From positions 1 through 51,260 of the forward strand of contig NW_024705369.1 of assembly GCF_018977255.1 (NCBI RefSeq): a stretch of DNA of 51,260 bases, in the 5' to 3' direction. Both the position numbers and the translations under genes were made by a program. Every line of letters starts with the position of its first letter. Positions within the stretch are counted from its first letter, which is position 1. The notes under the pieces were generated by a model. It did no database searches. It was not told the origin of the DNA and was given only the letters and a program-made list of their open reading frames with translations. Source of the stretch: Callorhinchus milii. Its lineage: Eukaryota. This document shows, piece after piece, positions 27,901 to 39,862 of the stretch.

Positions 27901-30900
27901 GCGGTCGGGGGTGGGGCGATTCGCGCTGGCGTTAGCCAGATTGCCACTAACTTGCGCCTTGATAACCATATCTTGAGGAACAGGAATGGGTAGAAGCCCA
28001 TGATGCATACAGCGGGAATTATTGCCAGCAGTTGGTGAACATTGTACTCTAACATTACACAATTCCTTTCTTTAAGAGGGACGACAATACGGTTACCTTG
28101 TGACAAGGCGGGTATTTGACAGTAGTTATAGCCAGTCTAAGGATAACCTCAGTGCGTACTCCGAAGGCCTACAAAACTCCAGGAGGCGACAACCGGCCAA
28201 ACACTTCCCGTACATAGAATCAGCTTATTTCAGATTGCTCCCTTGAATACTATGAGCGCTATGCGCGTCGACGTACTAAGATCAATGTGTAGCATGTAAA
28301 TTAATTTTACCGTGTGAGCTCGCAGTTTTCGACCCCAACTCCTGGACACGCTTTGGGTACGCATGCCGAGCTCAAGAAGGAGCTCAGCCTGCAGCTGATG
28401 CGTAACAGCGGTCTTGAAGTTCCGCAGATCATCAATAACATGGTCTCTCGTGAGCGCAAGGGGAGCCTGGCTGAACGATTAACTTGGGCGGGTGACATGT
28501 ACCGGGCTTTCAAACAACTATCTACTCGTTAAACTTCATTGAGGCAAAAGAGAAAGCAGCGTACCGAGAAGCTGAAAGATGGTCCTTATATGTTAATGAC
28601 ACGCGCCCGCGACCTTAGTGTCATACTTCGACGACTTGACGTCTGGCTCATTTGGTCAAGGTAAATCAGTACGTCGGAAAGGTTAAGCAGCCTGGTAGTC
28701 CGAATGACGTTCACATATTGCGTGTACGTTATCGTTAGATACGCCATTCTTTTCGTATTCTGGGGGCTCGCTTCGTGTCGTTAGCAGAAGAACTAAAACG
28801 GACATGAAGAGTGGGGGATATTCTATCATCGATGCGGCATCCGAAGACGAGAGGGTGAGTGTTTTTAAAATATGATCGCGGAAGCGACTCCACGTACAGA
28901 AATCTCCCAAGGGTTGTTGTACTGGCTTTCGTATGTAAGGGCAGATACTATGTTAGCTTGCTAGGCTCGCTGCGACAGTGACGGATCGTCCATTCGCTAT
29001 TAGGTCAGCCTGTCAAGCGTAAGACGCCCGTAAAGGATACGTGGAAGTATGGGCTACTTCACTGCCGTAGTGAACCCCTCCGGGAGTATTAATACCCCAG
29101 AGACTTACCAATCGGTATGAATTTTTGCGCCAGAGGATTCATACCATTTCTAACCATGACCCATTCTTTTAGCGGGGTGACAGTCTGTCTGAGCATGCTC
29201 AGATGCTATGCAGCTAACCGCATCTCCAAGAGTCATAGCAAATAACAAACCGCTCCAACTCTCTTTGCATACACGCAATGCTCAAGATGCCTGAACCCAT
29301 GACGGGCCGCGACCGTTCACTTTCGAGGGACCCATCCCTGCGCGTGAGGCGTCTTATCTTTTGGTCTAGTAATAACAAGCTTTTACAGTAGTCGTATGCA
29401 GGCTACGCTACGGCATCCTGGGGGAGCGCTCCTCTGAGAAACGAGGAACGCCGTATATTCCACAGCAATGGGGACCAGCACGTGTGCTAAGGCTAACATT
29501 TTGTCCTAGTATTACATAAAGGTTGGGCCCTAGTCCAACGAAGGAGTCCGAGATCTAACATTCCTGCACACATGTGATTCTAATGCAGAAGCAAGATTGT
29601 CCACAAGCACTTCTCCATCACGGATTGGATGACAGGGCAACCAGTGTGGCTGGGAGGTCAAGGTCTGCGGAACACAGAGAGTATAACCGGGCGTAGGTGT
29701 ATTACATTTAGAAAGGTTTCTTCAAGATCTATTTTCTGAATAATATCCCCGCATAGAAATACTCGATAGTCCAAGCGCAACTGTAACACGGAGGGGCGTT
29801 AAAACCATGGTTTCACTAGGACGTTTATGCCCTATAAAGTAAAACAACCAACGAGGTGGGTGGGGCTTACGCCGCCTGAGAGGTTGGCAAACTCGGGGTG
29901 CCCCGCTATCCTCGGGCGGCAATCCTGTTAGCTGCACTCGATGTATGATATAAGCGAGAAATGCCGTGATCACCTCCAAGCAGTAGATCCGATAGCCGTT
30001 GTTGCATCTGGCTTCGGTCAGGACCGTATAGAAGCACCAAAAAGCCACGCGAGCGCCGAAGACGCAAGACACGTGTATGTATATTGTCAAGGTAAGTGAG
30101 TTAGATCACGTTCGCCCAAAATACAAGAGGGGTGAATAGTCTCGATCGGTGTCTATCTTTCCAGGGGAGATAAAGCACCAGTGTCAGGTTGAACTACCAA
30201 GGTTTAAGCTAGATGTTGAACCGGTTCTCGAGTGATTTGTTAAAGGAGGTCATGGGTTAATCATGCAGGTTCGGAGCTTAGGTCGAATAGCTGAAGAAAT
30301 CAAAAAGTCAAGTATCAGTGCAGCGATTCTGTGGGGTTTAGCGGCAGCTAATGACTAATCATGGGTTTGCCTGGAGCTAGTTGGCCGGCCAGTTGGTCGT
30401 GGCAGTCCCTAATAATTACATCGAACTCATAATATGACGTTAATATGGAGCTTAAGTTCAGCGTGGACATACCTAAACCAGGCGTGAAGAGTGTGTCGCA
30501 CCTGATATAGGTGAGCCTTGCTCGGCTTTGAGATTGGAGGGCATGGTACTTATCCCTACTGAAGTTCTTAATGCCCTGCACGGGGGCTTACCCGTTATAG
30601 AGCTGCTCCTCACCGGCTGAGGCTGGACCTTGGCGATAGATGGCAACCCCTGCTGGAGAATCTCCGGTATTCTACGGCAATTGTCCTAGAACGCTGATGA
30701 AGTTGAGAAAAACGTTGATAGGGATAGTCGAAGTCTCTGAACCTTTCCCTAATGACCTCAAAAAGTTCAGGGCAAAGTTATCCACGATTTGCACGCTATT
30801 GGAGAACAGGCTCCGGTCCATCACTATACGAGCCCTCCCGTGTAGCGCCGCATTCCGCAAGAATAAACGTTATCTGAGAGCTCGAAGATAATTGTCAAGA

Positions 30901-31708
30901 TGTAGCTTCGTCGGGCGAGGTTTCGCTCTTACGTCCCTGCTGCAGGATTTATCTCGAGCCATGCAGGGGGGTGGAATGATAGGGTTGAGATGTACCGACG
31001 CACGATCCGCGATAAGGTAGCGTGACCTGACATCAGTACGAAGGAGAATAGAGGAGTGCCTCCTCACACTCATAGTGGCGTGAAGAGATTGTATGTGTTC
31101 TTTCAGTCTAGTCAAATCATGATGTGACAAAGATGAAAGCTTAGCGTCGAAGCAGCAATGGCATGTTTCCGAGATTAGTAGTAGCGCAGGGGTTGTATTA
31201 CCTCCGGAATGAATCCATTAATCTCTAGAGGCAGTCATTCCGGATAGGATCAGTTGTATTGGTGGCTGCTGTGGCTCGTCGTGCCATCTGTAGGTGGTCA
31301 CGCAATTTTTGCGTCCACAGTCGGGGGACGATTCGTTACATGCAGGCGGCATTGCTGTTATGACGCGTTGCCAGCCGTACTTAGATATCTTGAAACCTTA
31401 TAATGGTTATGAGCGCGGGTACTTGGTGCTGGGTAAATGGTGTAGAGTCGATCTGTTTGATGCAAAGGGCCTGAAACCGTTAGCAGAGTGACAAGGACAG
31501 TACTTGACTGACCTAACACAGTAATGATCCTGCCAGGAATTATTTTTGGTTTCGGTAAGTCACTATAGACTAATAAAAATTAGCAGCGTTGATGAACCAA
31601 GCATCACATGGTATAAGTGCGAATTAACAAAAACTTAGCGCATATAGGAGATTCCGTACGGCGGACCAGGTGAGAGGGGTGATTCCCGCCAACAGCTAAC
31701 AGCAGTTA
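908..31708. other. Featureless random-like block (probably shuffled or synthetic; no supportable genes)
   Basis: By eye, base usage is even and CG, TA and TAG are common. There are no long A/T runs, microsatellites or SINE copies, whereas the right flank has about one repeat per kb. The longest ORFs are 168 and 157 aa with no recognisable domains. The edges are abrupt (N gap on the left, poly-G at ~31709 on the right) and approximate. Confidence 0.8.
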
Positions 31709-31793
31709 GGGGGGGGGGGCAAATCTTCCAGGGGGTCTGGGGGGGGGTGGAGTCCATGGGGGGGGAAATCTTCCGGGGGGGTCCCCCCCCCCC
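31709..31793. repeat. G-tract/C-tract low-complexity region with duplicated AAATCTTCC-G(n)TC; possible DNA-transposon subterminal remnant
   Basis: Several G5-G11 tracts, two copies of AAATCTTCC and a closing C11 tract. Confidence 0.6.
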
Positions 31794-32084
31794 AGAAAAA
31801 TAATCTAAATTAGAAAACTAATTTCCTGCCTAAAATATTTTTAAAATCACTAACACATGGGATGGACTTTTTATTTATTTTTAACAATAATGTTAATAGT
31901 GTATTGTATTACATTGCTCTGTTTTTTTCTTTTTTACCTTTCTGTTTCATTGTATGTAATGGCAGAGATTAGGGATTAATATAGTACAACCACAATCATA
32001 TAAACAGAAATCTATTTTATAGCAATATATTGGGGGGACATTTTGAGCATATTTGAATATTATAATTACGGCCTTGTCTGAACT

Positions 32085-32180
32085 GGTCCGGCCTCCCCTT
32101 CACCAACTCGCACTGACTAGCATGGTGAAGTTTGACCTTCATCCACTATCGGTAGATTGACAAAGAGGCTGTAAATTAGT
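32085..32180 (+). mobile_element. SINE family B fragment (internally deleted)
   Basis: TTCACCAAC...CATGGTGAAGT...CCTTCATCCAC...GATTGACAAAGAGGCTG aligns with 48470-48580 and 41610-41695. Confidence 0.65.
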
Positions 32181-33004
32181 ATTATCATTATTATTTACTC
32201 TTTGCTATGACGTTGTCTACACCGATTCACGTCTGCCCATGTGACTGCTCACTTGAAAATTGCATTGTGGGTGTGACGGACGAAACACAAAGAGGAGTCT
32301 TCTCATTGAATTCGCCAGCATCGTTAAACTCAATTCCAACGAAATGTAATTTGTTAAAGTAATAAATGAATTAACTTGTATCACTGATCGGTAACTGTTG
32401 CCACAATAGTATCACATTCAGTTTGTCTAATGCAATACAGCGATGCATTGTATATATATAATGCATGAATCCCGACGCGTCACCTGTGACGTATGTGGAA
32501 TTCTTCAGAGGCCAACGTGATATGCCATTAACAAGACCCTTCACGTGCTCAAGGTCAAAACTGTATGTATTACGCACATGTCAAAAACGCTGATTTTTTT
32601 TTTTTTTGCGATTTTGTGCACTTGTAAAAAATAAACAGTCGGGGAGCACATGTCAAGAGCAGAAAGCAGAGCACCATCTTGTGCAGCACCTTTTACAGGT
32701 TGCGGCAGCGATGCATTTCTGAAAAACACAGCTCTGTAAGAGGCAAGGGTTGGTGGATCAGACGGAGATTTGTGAAACTCCCAAATGCGTTGGTTGCAAC
32801 ATTGTGATATGACAATTGACTCATGAATCCTTCCGAGTGGAACTTTGAGTATTATCCCCTCATATGCGCAGGTTTTCTCTGGGCACTCCAATATATATAT
32901 ATGTTTTTCGAATGTCAAACACTAATTAATATAATTGGTCAGATATCCCAATGAAATAACCGGGAAAGAGACTCAGGAAATTGCTCTTGAACGCACCCGA
33001 AATG

Positions 33005-33151
33005 ACGCCTGCCATGGAGATGGGGTGATGAAATCAGCTCGTGTGCAGATGCTGAGTGTCGATTATTCCATCTCAGGATCCCGAAAGTTGGCGACATTTT
33101 GGTGAGGCATTCATGCAGCGGTGAAGTGATCATGGCTGATGGTGATGATGA
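33005..33151 (+). mobile_element. RTE-clade LINE 3' end, degenerate
   Basis: Translates as PWRWGDEI, then after a frameshift SQDPESWRHFGEAFMQR*SDHG*, followed by a (TGA)n-like tail. This fits the RTE ORF C-terminal pattern RWxDxI...QDRxxWRxLGEAFxQQW. Confidence 0.75.
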
Positions 33152-33469
33152 ATTATTAACACATTTTGCACATGTTGAAGAGTACTTTTTCTTTCAATAT
33201 AACTATTCTCTCACTCGTTGGTATCAGTGCTGTTGGCTTTCATCACAACACAATGTACTTGAAAAAAGTGACAACTATATTACTTTACTGTGGAGCATTA
33301 GACAAAAAAACCATAATTACTACTATAATGAGCCAAGAATGTCTGTTTGTGTGTCCCGCGCTTGACGTCATTAATATTCATGAGCGGGTGGATTTTACAC
33401 TCACGCAGAAGAAGGTGGAGTGGAAATCAGCGCATCACACCCTTCCATGGTCATTAAAACTAGTACCAC

Positions 33470-33651
33470 TTTACACCATTGGAACCTCATTTTCCAGTAA
33501 AAAATATGATAATTGTTTTTTTACCCTTCTATCTGGCAACAAAACTGACACTTTTTTTACAAGGAGTCATGTTTGCATCGACCACAATACCTGCAGTCAT
33601 AATGCAAACAAAAAACATATCTCTGTATGCACTGTCCTTGAAGTTGATTGG
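33470..33651 (+). mobile_element. Left half of a MITE-like non-autonomous DNA transposon (same family as 43296-43589)
   Basis: 33508-33651 is near-identical to 43296-43441. 33470-33557 is the reverse complement of 43503-43589, giving a terminal inverted repeat of ~85 bp. Confidence 0.85.
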
Positions 33652-33676
33652 ACCAATCAACTTCAAGGACAGTGCA
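33628..33676. repeat. Perfect palindrome with 24-bp arms and 1-nt spacer
   Basis: TGCACTGTCCTTGAAGTTGATTGG-A-CCAATCAACTTCAAGGACAGTGCA. Confidence 0.97.
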
Positions 33677-33678
33677 AT

Positions 33679-33747
33679 AATTGCGTGTTCTCCCCATGGT
33701 CGCGTGGATTTTTCCTCCGGGTCCTCCGGTTTTGCTTTCACATTTAG
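33679..33747 (+). mobile_element. V-domain-like SINE core fragment
   Basis: TTGCGTGTTCTCCCCATGGTCGCGTGGATTTTTCCTCCGGGTCCTCCGGTTTT...CACATTTAG matches the reverse complement of 509-585. Confidence 0.75.
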
Positions 33748-34033
33748 CAACATGCGTTTAGAGTATTTGGCCGCTATATATTTCCACTTGGTAAGCTACT
33801 TCGTTGAGCTGTCATTTGTGAGTAGGTCGTTTCTGAAAAAGAGTTGTATAGCTCAGTGGGTCTTACCTGATCAAATACAAATAATTTCGTGAAAAAAATA
33901 AAAGGCTGTTACTGTTCGTATTGTGTGTGTACAGTTGGACAGGTGAAATTCAAAAGCACCTCTATAGAAGATAAGACAACTGCTGGGACTCCGAATGGTT
34001 AAAAAGAGCCCCCTGTAGCTCTCTTTCTCTCTC

Positions 34034-34347
34034 ACAAACAACAAGACAAAGACACAACTCCTCCGTATAGCCTTAACAAACTGTAGGGGCAAGTGCTGTT
34101 AGCAGGCACCTATGAATGCCGCAACGGTACACGAGGGGGTGGGTGGCTAGCACCACGCCCGACCGCCTTTGTCTCCCCAGTGGCGATGTTTACACACTGC
34201 ACCAGGTACTAATTTGAGGCTAAGTCGACCTAGGGGAGGCCCAGGCCTGGTTAAAAAAATCGCCACTTGTGTTGGTCGTGAGCGGGAATCTAACCCGGGT
34301 CGCCGGGTTCATAGCACAGCACACTAACCGCTACACCACCGCTCCCC
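34034..34347 (-). mobile_element. tRNA-derived SINE family A, full length
   Basis: The minus-strand head GGGGAGCGGTGGTGTAGCGGTTAG...CCGGGTTAGATTCCCG has A- and B-box-like motifs. The body GTACCTGGTGCAGTGTGTAAACATCGCCACTGGGGAGACAAAGGCGGTCGGGCGTG is shared with five other copies. The tail is TTTGTC-like. Confidence 0.85.
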
Positions 34348-34988
34348 GGTCTAAAAAAACACACAAACAAGCGAACCGTCCTCACATCACAAAGGCCATT
34401 CATCACCCCGGCTGCCTGGAAAGCGCAGAGAAACACTTTGGGAAGCTGAGCATCCTTTACTGCATCGTCGCAACCCCACACCGCCAAACACCAGACGAGA
34501 ACGCCAATGTGATAGGCAATGCGGGCACTTCGCTTGGATACAACGCCTGGTATCCGCCTCTGTGTATATCGCTCTGACGTTAGAGCAATACGTTTCTGGC
34601 TCTTAGCACTCGCCCCGGCAGTCCGTGTGGCTTAATGGGAGGTCGCCAATCGTCTCTGTCCGTGTGATGTTGCGGGTACAATACAGCATCACGTATCCTC
34701 GACACGCTGGGGACGACTGGGGCAGAGGCAGATATGTGAAAATGACTAATGGATGAACACCCATACCGAATTCCTATGTGGCACCACCGTGCGCATGTAG
34801 GTTACGTGGACATAATGCTCGGCCGTGCTTTAAAAGTGAGCGAATGTAGGCGAGATCAAGGTCAGATTTGTGAACATTTAGAGAAAATGACGGCCATGTC
34901 ACACAGAGATTCTCCACAGGGTGTGGGCGATTATATAACACAGGTCAACACACTTTTTCTGGCATAAGGTATTCCAACGGTTTTAAGG

Positions 34989-35323
34989 TAATTTTGAGGG
35001 TGCTGATTCCAAATCTGGCATCAGTTTTTGTCTATCACATCAGGTTTTTGAGATATCAAATATTGCATTTTCAATAAAAACTGCAGAAGAAAAATATTAA
35101 ATAAATGTGGATATCTACATAAAATTATATTATAAACACACTATCCTAAAAATACAGCACCATATTTTAACACTAAAGCAGTCACTGACTCGCAACAACT
35201 TGCAATCATAAGTGACAGGGTTAATTTCGGGTAAAATCAATGAAAATGGGGTATGCCGATAGCATGAAAATGATGTGATAGAGCAAATCTGAGATCAGAT
35301 TTGGAATCAGCACCCTGAAATTA
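34989..35323. mobile_element. MITE-like element with ~54-bp imperfect inverted repeats and AT-rich interior
   Basis: 34989-35042 (TAATTTTGAGGGTGCTGATTCCAAATCTG...CTATCACATCA) is an imperfect reverse complement of 35271-35323. Confidence 0.8.
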
Positions 35324-35465
35324 GTCTAAACAGCTGCAAAAGTCCAGGCCAGTGTAATGAGTGAGGATGGGTGGTGTGACGGTCGTATATGCGACCTCGT
35401 GCTCTACTAAGGTCCTACTTTTAAATCATACATCTTGTCAGAGCAAGTGCGGTCAGTAGCATCTA

Positions 35466-35700
35466 TTGGGAGACATGGCAGGTCACACAATACGTGTGGT
35501 AAGGCCAACAGCGTGCCCAGATGCCTTTGTCTCTCAGGCAGTGGTGTTGACTCCACGTTTGGTAAATCGCTTTAGGATCACTCAGCTTCGTGGAAGCCCA
35601 AGCCAGGTTCAGCTAGGCAATCACTGCTGGTGCTCAGGTGTGACCACGAATTGAACTTGGATCGCCAGGATCATAGGGCAATAACGTAACCACTACAACA
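35466..35700 (-). mobile_element. SINE family A, highly diverged copy
   Basis: GCCTTTGTCTC, GGAAGCCCAAGCCAGGTT and GGATCGCCAGGATCATAG...TAACCACTACA are colinear with 34034-34347. Confidence 0.6.
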
Positions 35701-35718
35701 AAGACGAAAATCTCCCAA

Positions 35719-35913
35719 CAGACTGTCGGGGCAAGTGCTGTTAGCGGGCACCAATGAAGGCTCGCACGGCACACGAGGGGGTGGGAGGCCAGCACCACAG
35801 TGGCGATGTTTTACACACTGCACCCATTTAAGGCAGAATCATCACCGATGTTGGTTGTGAGGAGGAATCTAACGCGGGTGGTCGGTTTTGTAGCCACTTT
35901 GTCACCGCTCCCC
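35719..35913 (-). mobile_element. SINE family A, internally deleted copy
   Basis: GGGGCAAGTGCTGTTAGC...CACGAGGGGGTGGG...CAGTGGCGATGTT...GGAATCTAAC...CACCGCTCCCC matches 34080-34347. Confidence 0.8.
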
Positions 35914-35944
35914 ACCCACACACATACAAGTATTTAGTCATAAT

Positions 35945-36211
35945 AGACTGTTGGGGCGGGTGCCGCTTGCAAACTCCTATTAAGGACAGCACAAGAAGAT
36001 GGTGTGGCCAGGACCATGCCAGGCCGTCTTTGTCTCCCAAGTGATGATCGTTGCACACTGCAAAAGGAACTGATTTAAAGCTGAGTTGGTCTAGGGGAGG
36101 CCCAGAACCAGGTCAGATATTTCTCACAACTGATGTCAGTGGTGGCTGGAAATGAAACTAAGGTCACCAGGTTTGTAGCGTAGTACACCAACAACCGTGT
36201 CACTGCTTTCC
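35945..36211 (-). mobile_element. SINE family A, diverged copy
   Basis: GACTGTTGGGGC...CTTTGTCTCCCAAGTG...CACACTGCA...CTAGGGGAGGCCCAG...CACTGCTTTCC is colinear with 34080-34347. Confidence 0.75.
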
Positions 36212-37139
36212 ACATTCGCAAAGAGACAAAAACAACCGACATTCACTACTGGGTGGTGGTGACATCGCCACGGCGCCTGTGCCAGGCTAAGTGCACTATA
36301 AGGTCACGTGATGCAAAGAGACGCGCGCGCGCTTAAACACGCGCAAACGACGCTCTTACGAAGCACCGAGCGGAATTAAAAATCTTCACGGATGTCCCCT
36401 GTAATGGCATCGCCTGTGGGCAGCAGAGATGTGTCCATCGTGCTCACTTTGTGTCCAGCGCGCTTTGCTTGTGTTTTATGATCATACATTATCAATGTTT
36501 GCTCCAGGCTTACTTGTTACTGGCACATTCCCTTTTCCTAGACCTTTGCCCTGACAAAGAATCTCGTACTGACTATAAATCATATGCACTGCACCACATT
36601 ACATTGAAGATTTCTGCAGTATGTTGTATGGGATGCTTTAAGAATTTTAAAATCCCTTTATATTGCGACGTGAATTTTTCGGTCCCGTTATGATCCATTG
36701 ATTACGACGACGACAAATCTGCAGCACCCTATACAAAACCGAAACTTGAAATGCCACGCATTTTATTGTGCTCGGCAAAGCCCTTTCGTTGGCATTTGAT
36801 CTCCAAAACAATCATAACACCGTAACTTGAAAGAGATAATCCACTGGAGCATTTGAAATCTAGAACTGCCCCACAGAGGCTTGCAAAATTCCTTCCATCA
36901 CAACAAACGTGTAACCACACATATCCACCAAAGAACCCCTCTGGCTCTGAAGGTGTTATCAAAGCATATCACTCGGATAGCACCGTTATGTGAGCATAAT
37001 TGAAAATTAGATATGGAATGTCTTTTTTTAAAGCAGAAATAACCCTAAAACAAAAGACCCAGACATCCTGCTATGTATTATAATAAATGAGATCATTATC
37101 TCATGCTACTGGTGTGTGCGTGTTGTTGTTGGTGGTGGT

Positions 37140-37322
37140 GGGTACCTGGTGCGGTTTGTAAACATCACCACTGAGGGAGGCAAAGGCGGTCGGGCGTGAG
37201 ACTGGCCACCCACCCTTCGTGTACCGTGCCGCCCTTCATAGGTGCTTGCTTATCAGCACTTGGCCCAAAAAGTCTATTGAGGCTATACAGGGCATCCTTG
37301 CCTTTGTTTTGTTGTTGTCGTT
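37140..37322 (+). mobile_element. SINE family A, 3' half
   Basis: GGTACCTGGTGCGGTTTGTAAACATCACCACTG...AAAGGCGGTCGGGCGTG...CAGCACTT...AGGCTATAC followed by a TTG-rich tail. It is the reverse complement of 34065-34208. Confidence 0.85.
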
Positions 37323-39157
37323 GAGCACGACGATTGAACACATTTCAGTGGGCAGAAAGTCCAACCTTTAGGCTCAGAGGCCGAGCTATTGAGTGTGCAG
37401 GCGGTGCAACTGCACCTAGGCCCATGAGCCAGAGGGGACCAGGTGCCGGCCTTCCAAGGTTGGAGGGAATTTGGACTGAGGATTTTCAAAGTATGGTATT
37501 TCATTCCTTCCAACCAGAGCCAATGTCACCCACACTCGGGTACCCGTGTTTGGGGATAAGTAACGTCTTTGTCAGAAAAGCATCCTCACAAAGGTGGCCT
37601 CTGAATTCCACATCCCAGCATCTTATCTCGAAGGCACAGAAACCACATTCAACGACCTGCGTACAGTAAGTAGTTTGTTGGGGACAATTTATCATACAAA
37701 GGGTTGCCATAGACCTGTGAAAATGTATCCCTACTTGATGTTTGTCATCACGACCTATGTAACCGCGCTTGTGTCACCAAGATCCGTACTGTATAACGTG
37801 TGCGATCACAGGACGCCCGTGGAATCGAGCCTAGCAGCTCATTGAACATCTATTTGAATCTGTGTAACATCATGTGAGGATATTACACAGGAAAACAAAC
37901 AGTTCCGTTTATAGCACACACACATTTATTATTACACTGCGTGACAGTACAGGGTGTCCACGATTTTCGGTTTCCTGACTTTGTGTTGGATTTAGGTGTG
38001 AGTGTTTGTTATGTTTACGTGTTATGGGTATTACAATTATCAGAATCAAGTAAAACGTGACACACACCGTAGCATAAGATTATCGTTTTTTTTTCGCAAG
38101 AACGACGACGACACACTGACTATCTGGAGATGTTTCTGCTGAGTGCTGTAAATTCTGGGAAGGTGTGGGCACGTGTCAGTCGCTCATCATAACTTACGTA
38201 TTAATATTGGCACATTAAAATTGTACTCAACATGTTTAAGTTGTCATTTCGTTTAAGTCATGTTTTATTCTATAGGGTCACGGTAAAACAGGGTTGGGGA
38301 CCCTATGGCCTGTGGGCTGGGACATCATACGTGGGGCCTACCACTTCCAAATGGCACCAAACGATATTGATGCATCACTGCAAGCATCTTAGCCATACTA
38401 ATCGGGTACTGGAGGGGAATGTTTTCGAGGTGGCAAAAACACTGCATTTCTATTTTTAACACGCTCAGTTGGATGAATGGTTCACGGCCATCTTCAGGCT
38501 ATTATCACTCAGTAAATAACAATGAACACCACTTTGTGTAATTATGACGGTGGTCATCCTATTAACAGTAATGGCCGTCTTTGTGGGAATGTGGAGTTTC
38601 CATCACCGGCTGAGGGTCACCAATAAACGCGGCACTTCTGTACACTTGTTCGAGTGCGAAACTTTTCCTTAACATTACTGTAAAAAAAAAATACCAAAAA
38701 TTTCTGAGATTGCGTTGGCAGTGGTATACATACACAAGTGACCAAAACTCAACACACATATATCAACAGCACTGCCCTAACTAGACAAAATAATATATAA
38801 TAAGTGACCTTTTGGTGTAATGGCCCTTCTTCATAGCCTCTCTCTGCTCTATAGTTTCAGGTTTCAAGTTTATTTTCTTTAACCATGTGAGAAATCAAGT
38901 TACCAGAATACAGTAATTTCATTGCAAAAGTGACCTGGGCCATTGGTCTGCCAGTCAGGGGCGATGATTGCTGTGTATGTCTGTAATCTGAATCGAGTCA
39001 TTTGTGGGTACTTTAAAAATGTGGCATATTTTAACCTTGACGTTGGCACACAATGGCCTAGTCTTGAGAATGACGTCAGGAGACCTTTAACGTCCCATGG
39101 GAAGCGGGCGACGCGTAGTATTATCATGGTTACCTCACCCGCAGTATTAATCAAGGC

Positions 39158-39225
39158 AGTCGTTGGATTCGAACCGCGAGCATCTGAAATAAGCGGCGAA
39201 CACGCTACCGCTGGGCCGCGTCACC
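39158..39225 (-). mobile_element. tRNA-like head (SINE head or tRNA pseudogene)
   Basis: The minus strand reads GGTGACGCGGCCCAGCGGTAGCGTG...GCGGTTCGAATCC, with A- and B-box-like motifs. I could not form a clean cloverleaf. Confidence 0.6.
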
Positions 39226-39753
39226 ACTCACGGAGAAGCGGCATTTTCCAAAACGTCGCCTATTATATTTTATTTTCCTCTTTAGGACAATGCTATTGAC
39301 AAATATATTGGGTTTTTGTAAATTTTACAGCTTCTCTGAGGTGTATTAAAAAAAATTGCCATTGAATTGCATTTGTAACACATTTAATCGAGCGATGGAC
39401 ATAATGAGTGATTCATCACAGCTCACGACCAACAATCTATTTGCTGACTGGTCGGTAAATGTGCATCCATCTGGTCATAAAAATATTGGATACACATTGC
39501 TGTGCCGGTATTAACACGACGGATGCAACAATGCGGCATTGTTACAATTGCAATATGATTTTTATAGAGCATTCCAATGTAAACCGGGTCTCAAGATGCT
39601 GGGCAAAATAAGGGGGGCATGCATGCGTATGAGGGGGCGGGGCAGTGAATACAGGGGCTTATCATCGTTTTTTGTTGTCCACGTGACCACGTTGGGAGTA
39701 ATGACAAGCAGGCAGCGTGGTGAGGGGGCGACTGTCGAACACGAGGCACACAG

Positions 39754-39862
39754 CAACGCCACTGAGACAACGCCACTGAGACAATGCCACTGAGACAACG
39801 CCACTGAGACAACGACACTGAGACAACACCACTGAGACAACGCCACTGAGACAACGCCACTG
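39754..39862. repeat. 14-bp minisatellite (CAACGCCACTGAGA) x ~7.8
   Basis: Directly visible, with three single-base variant units and no spacers. Confidence 0.97.

Noticed and set aside
28314..28532. Short ORF with a helical-looking, GC3-rich stretch (HAELKKELSLQLMRNSGLEVPQIINNMVSRERKG)
   Set aside because: It is isolated, 72 aa long, has no recognised family, and is compatible with chance.
33166..33892. Overlapping 193-aa and 137-aa ORFs
   Set aside because: They run across a MITE, a palindrome and a SINE fragment and are not protein-like.
38289..38340. Possible hAT-like terminus (CAGGGTTGGGGACCCTATGGCC); also Tc1-like ends near 37948 and 45835-45852
   Set aside because: No matching opposite terminus was found in the window, so these are too weak to call.
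39754..39862. 14-bp array considered as a CRISPR or coding repeat (ORFs 39562-40038, 39591-39887)
   Set aside because: It has no spacers and no cas genes, and the context is eukaryotic. It is an ordinary minisatellite.
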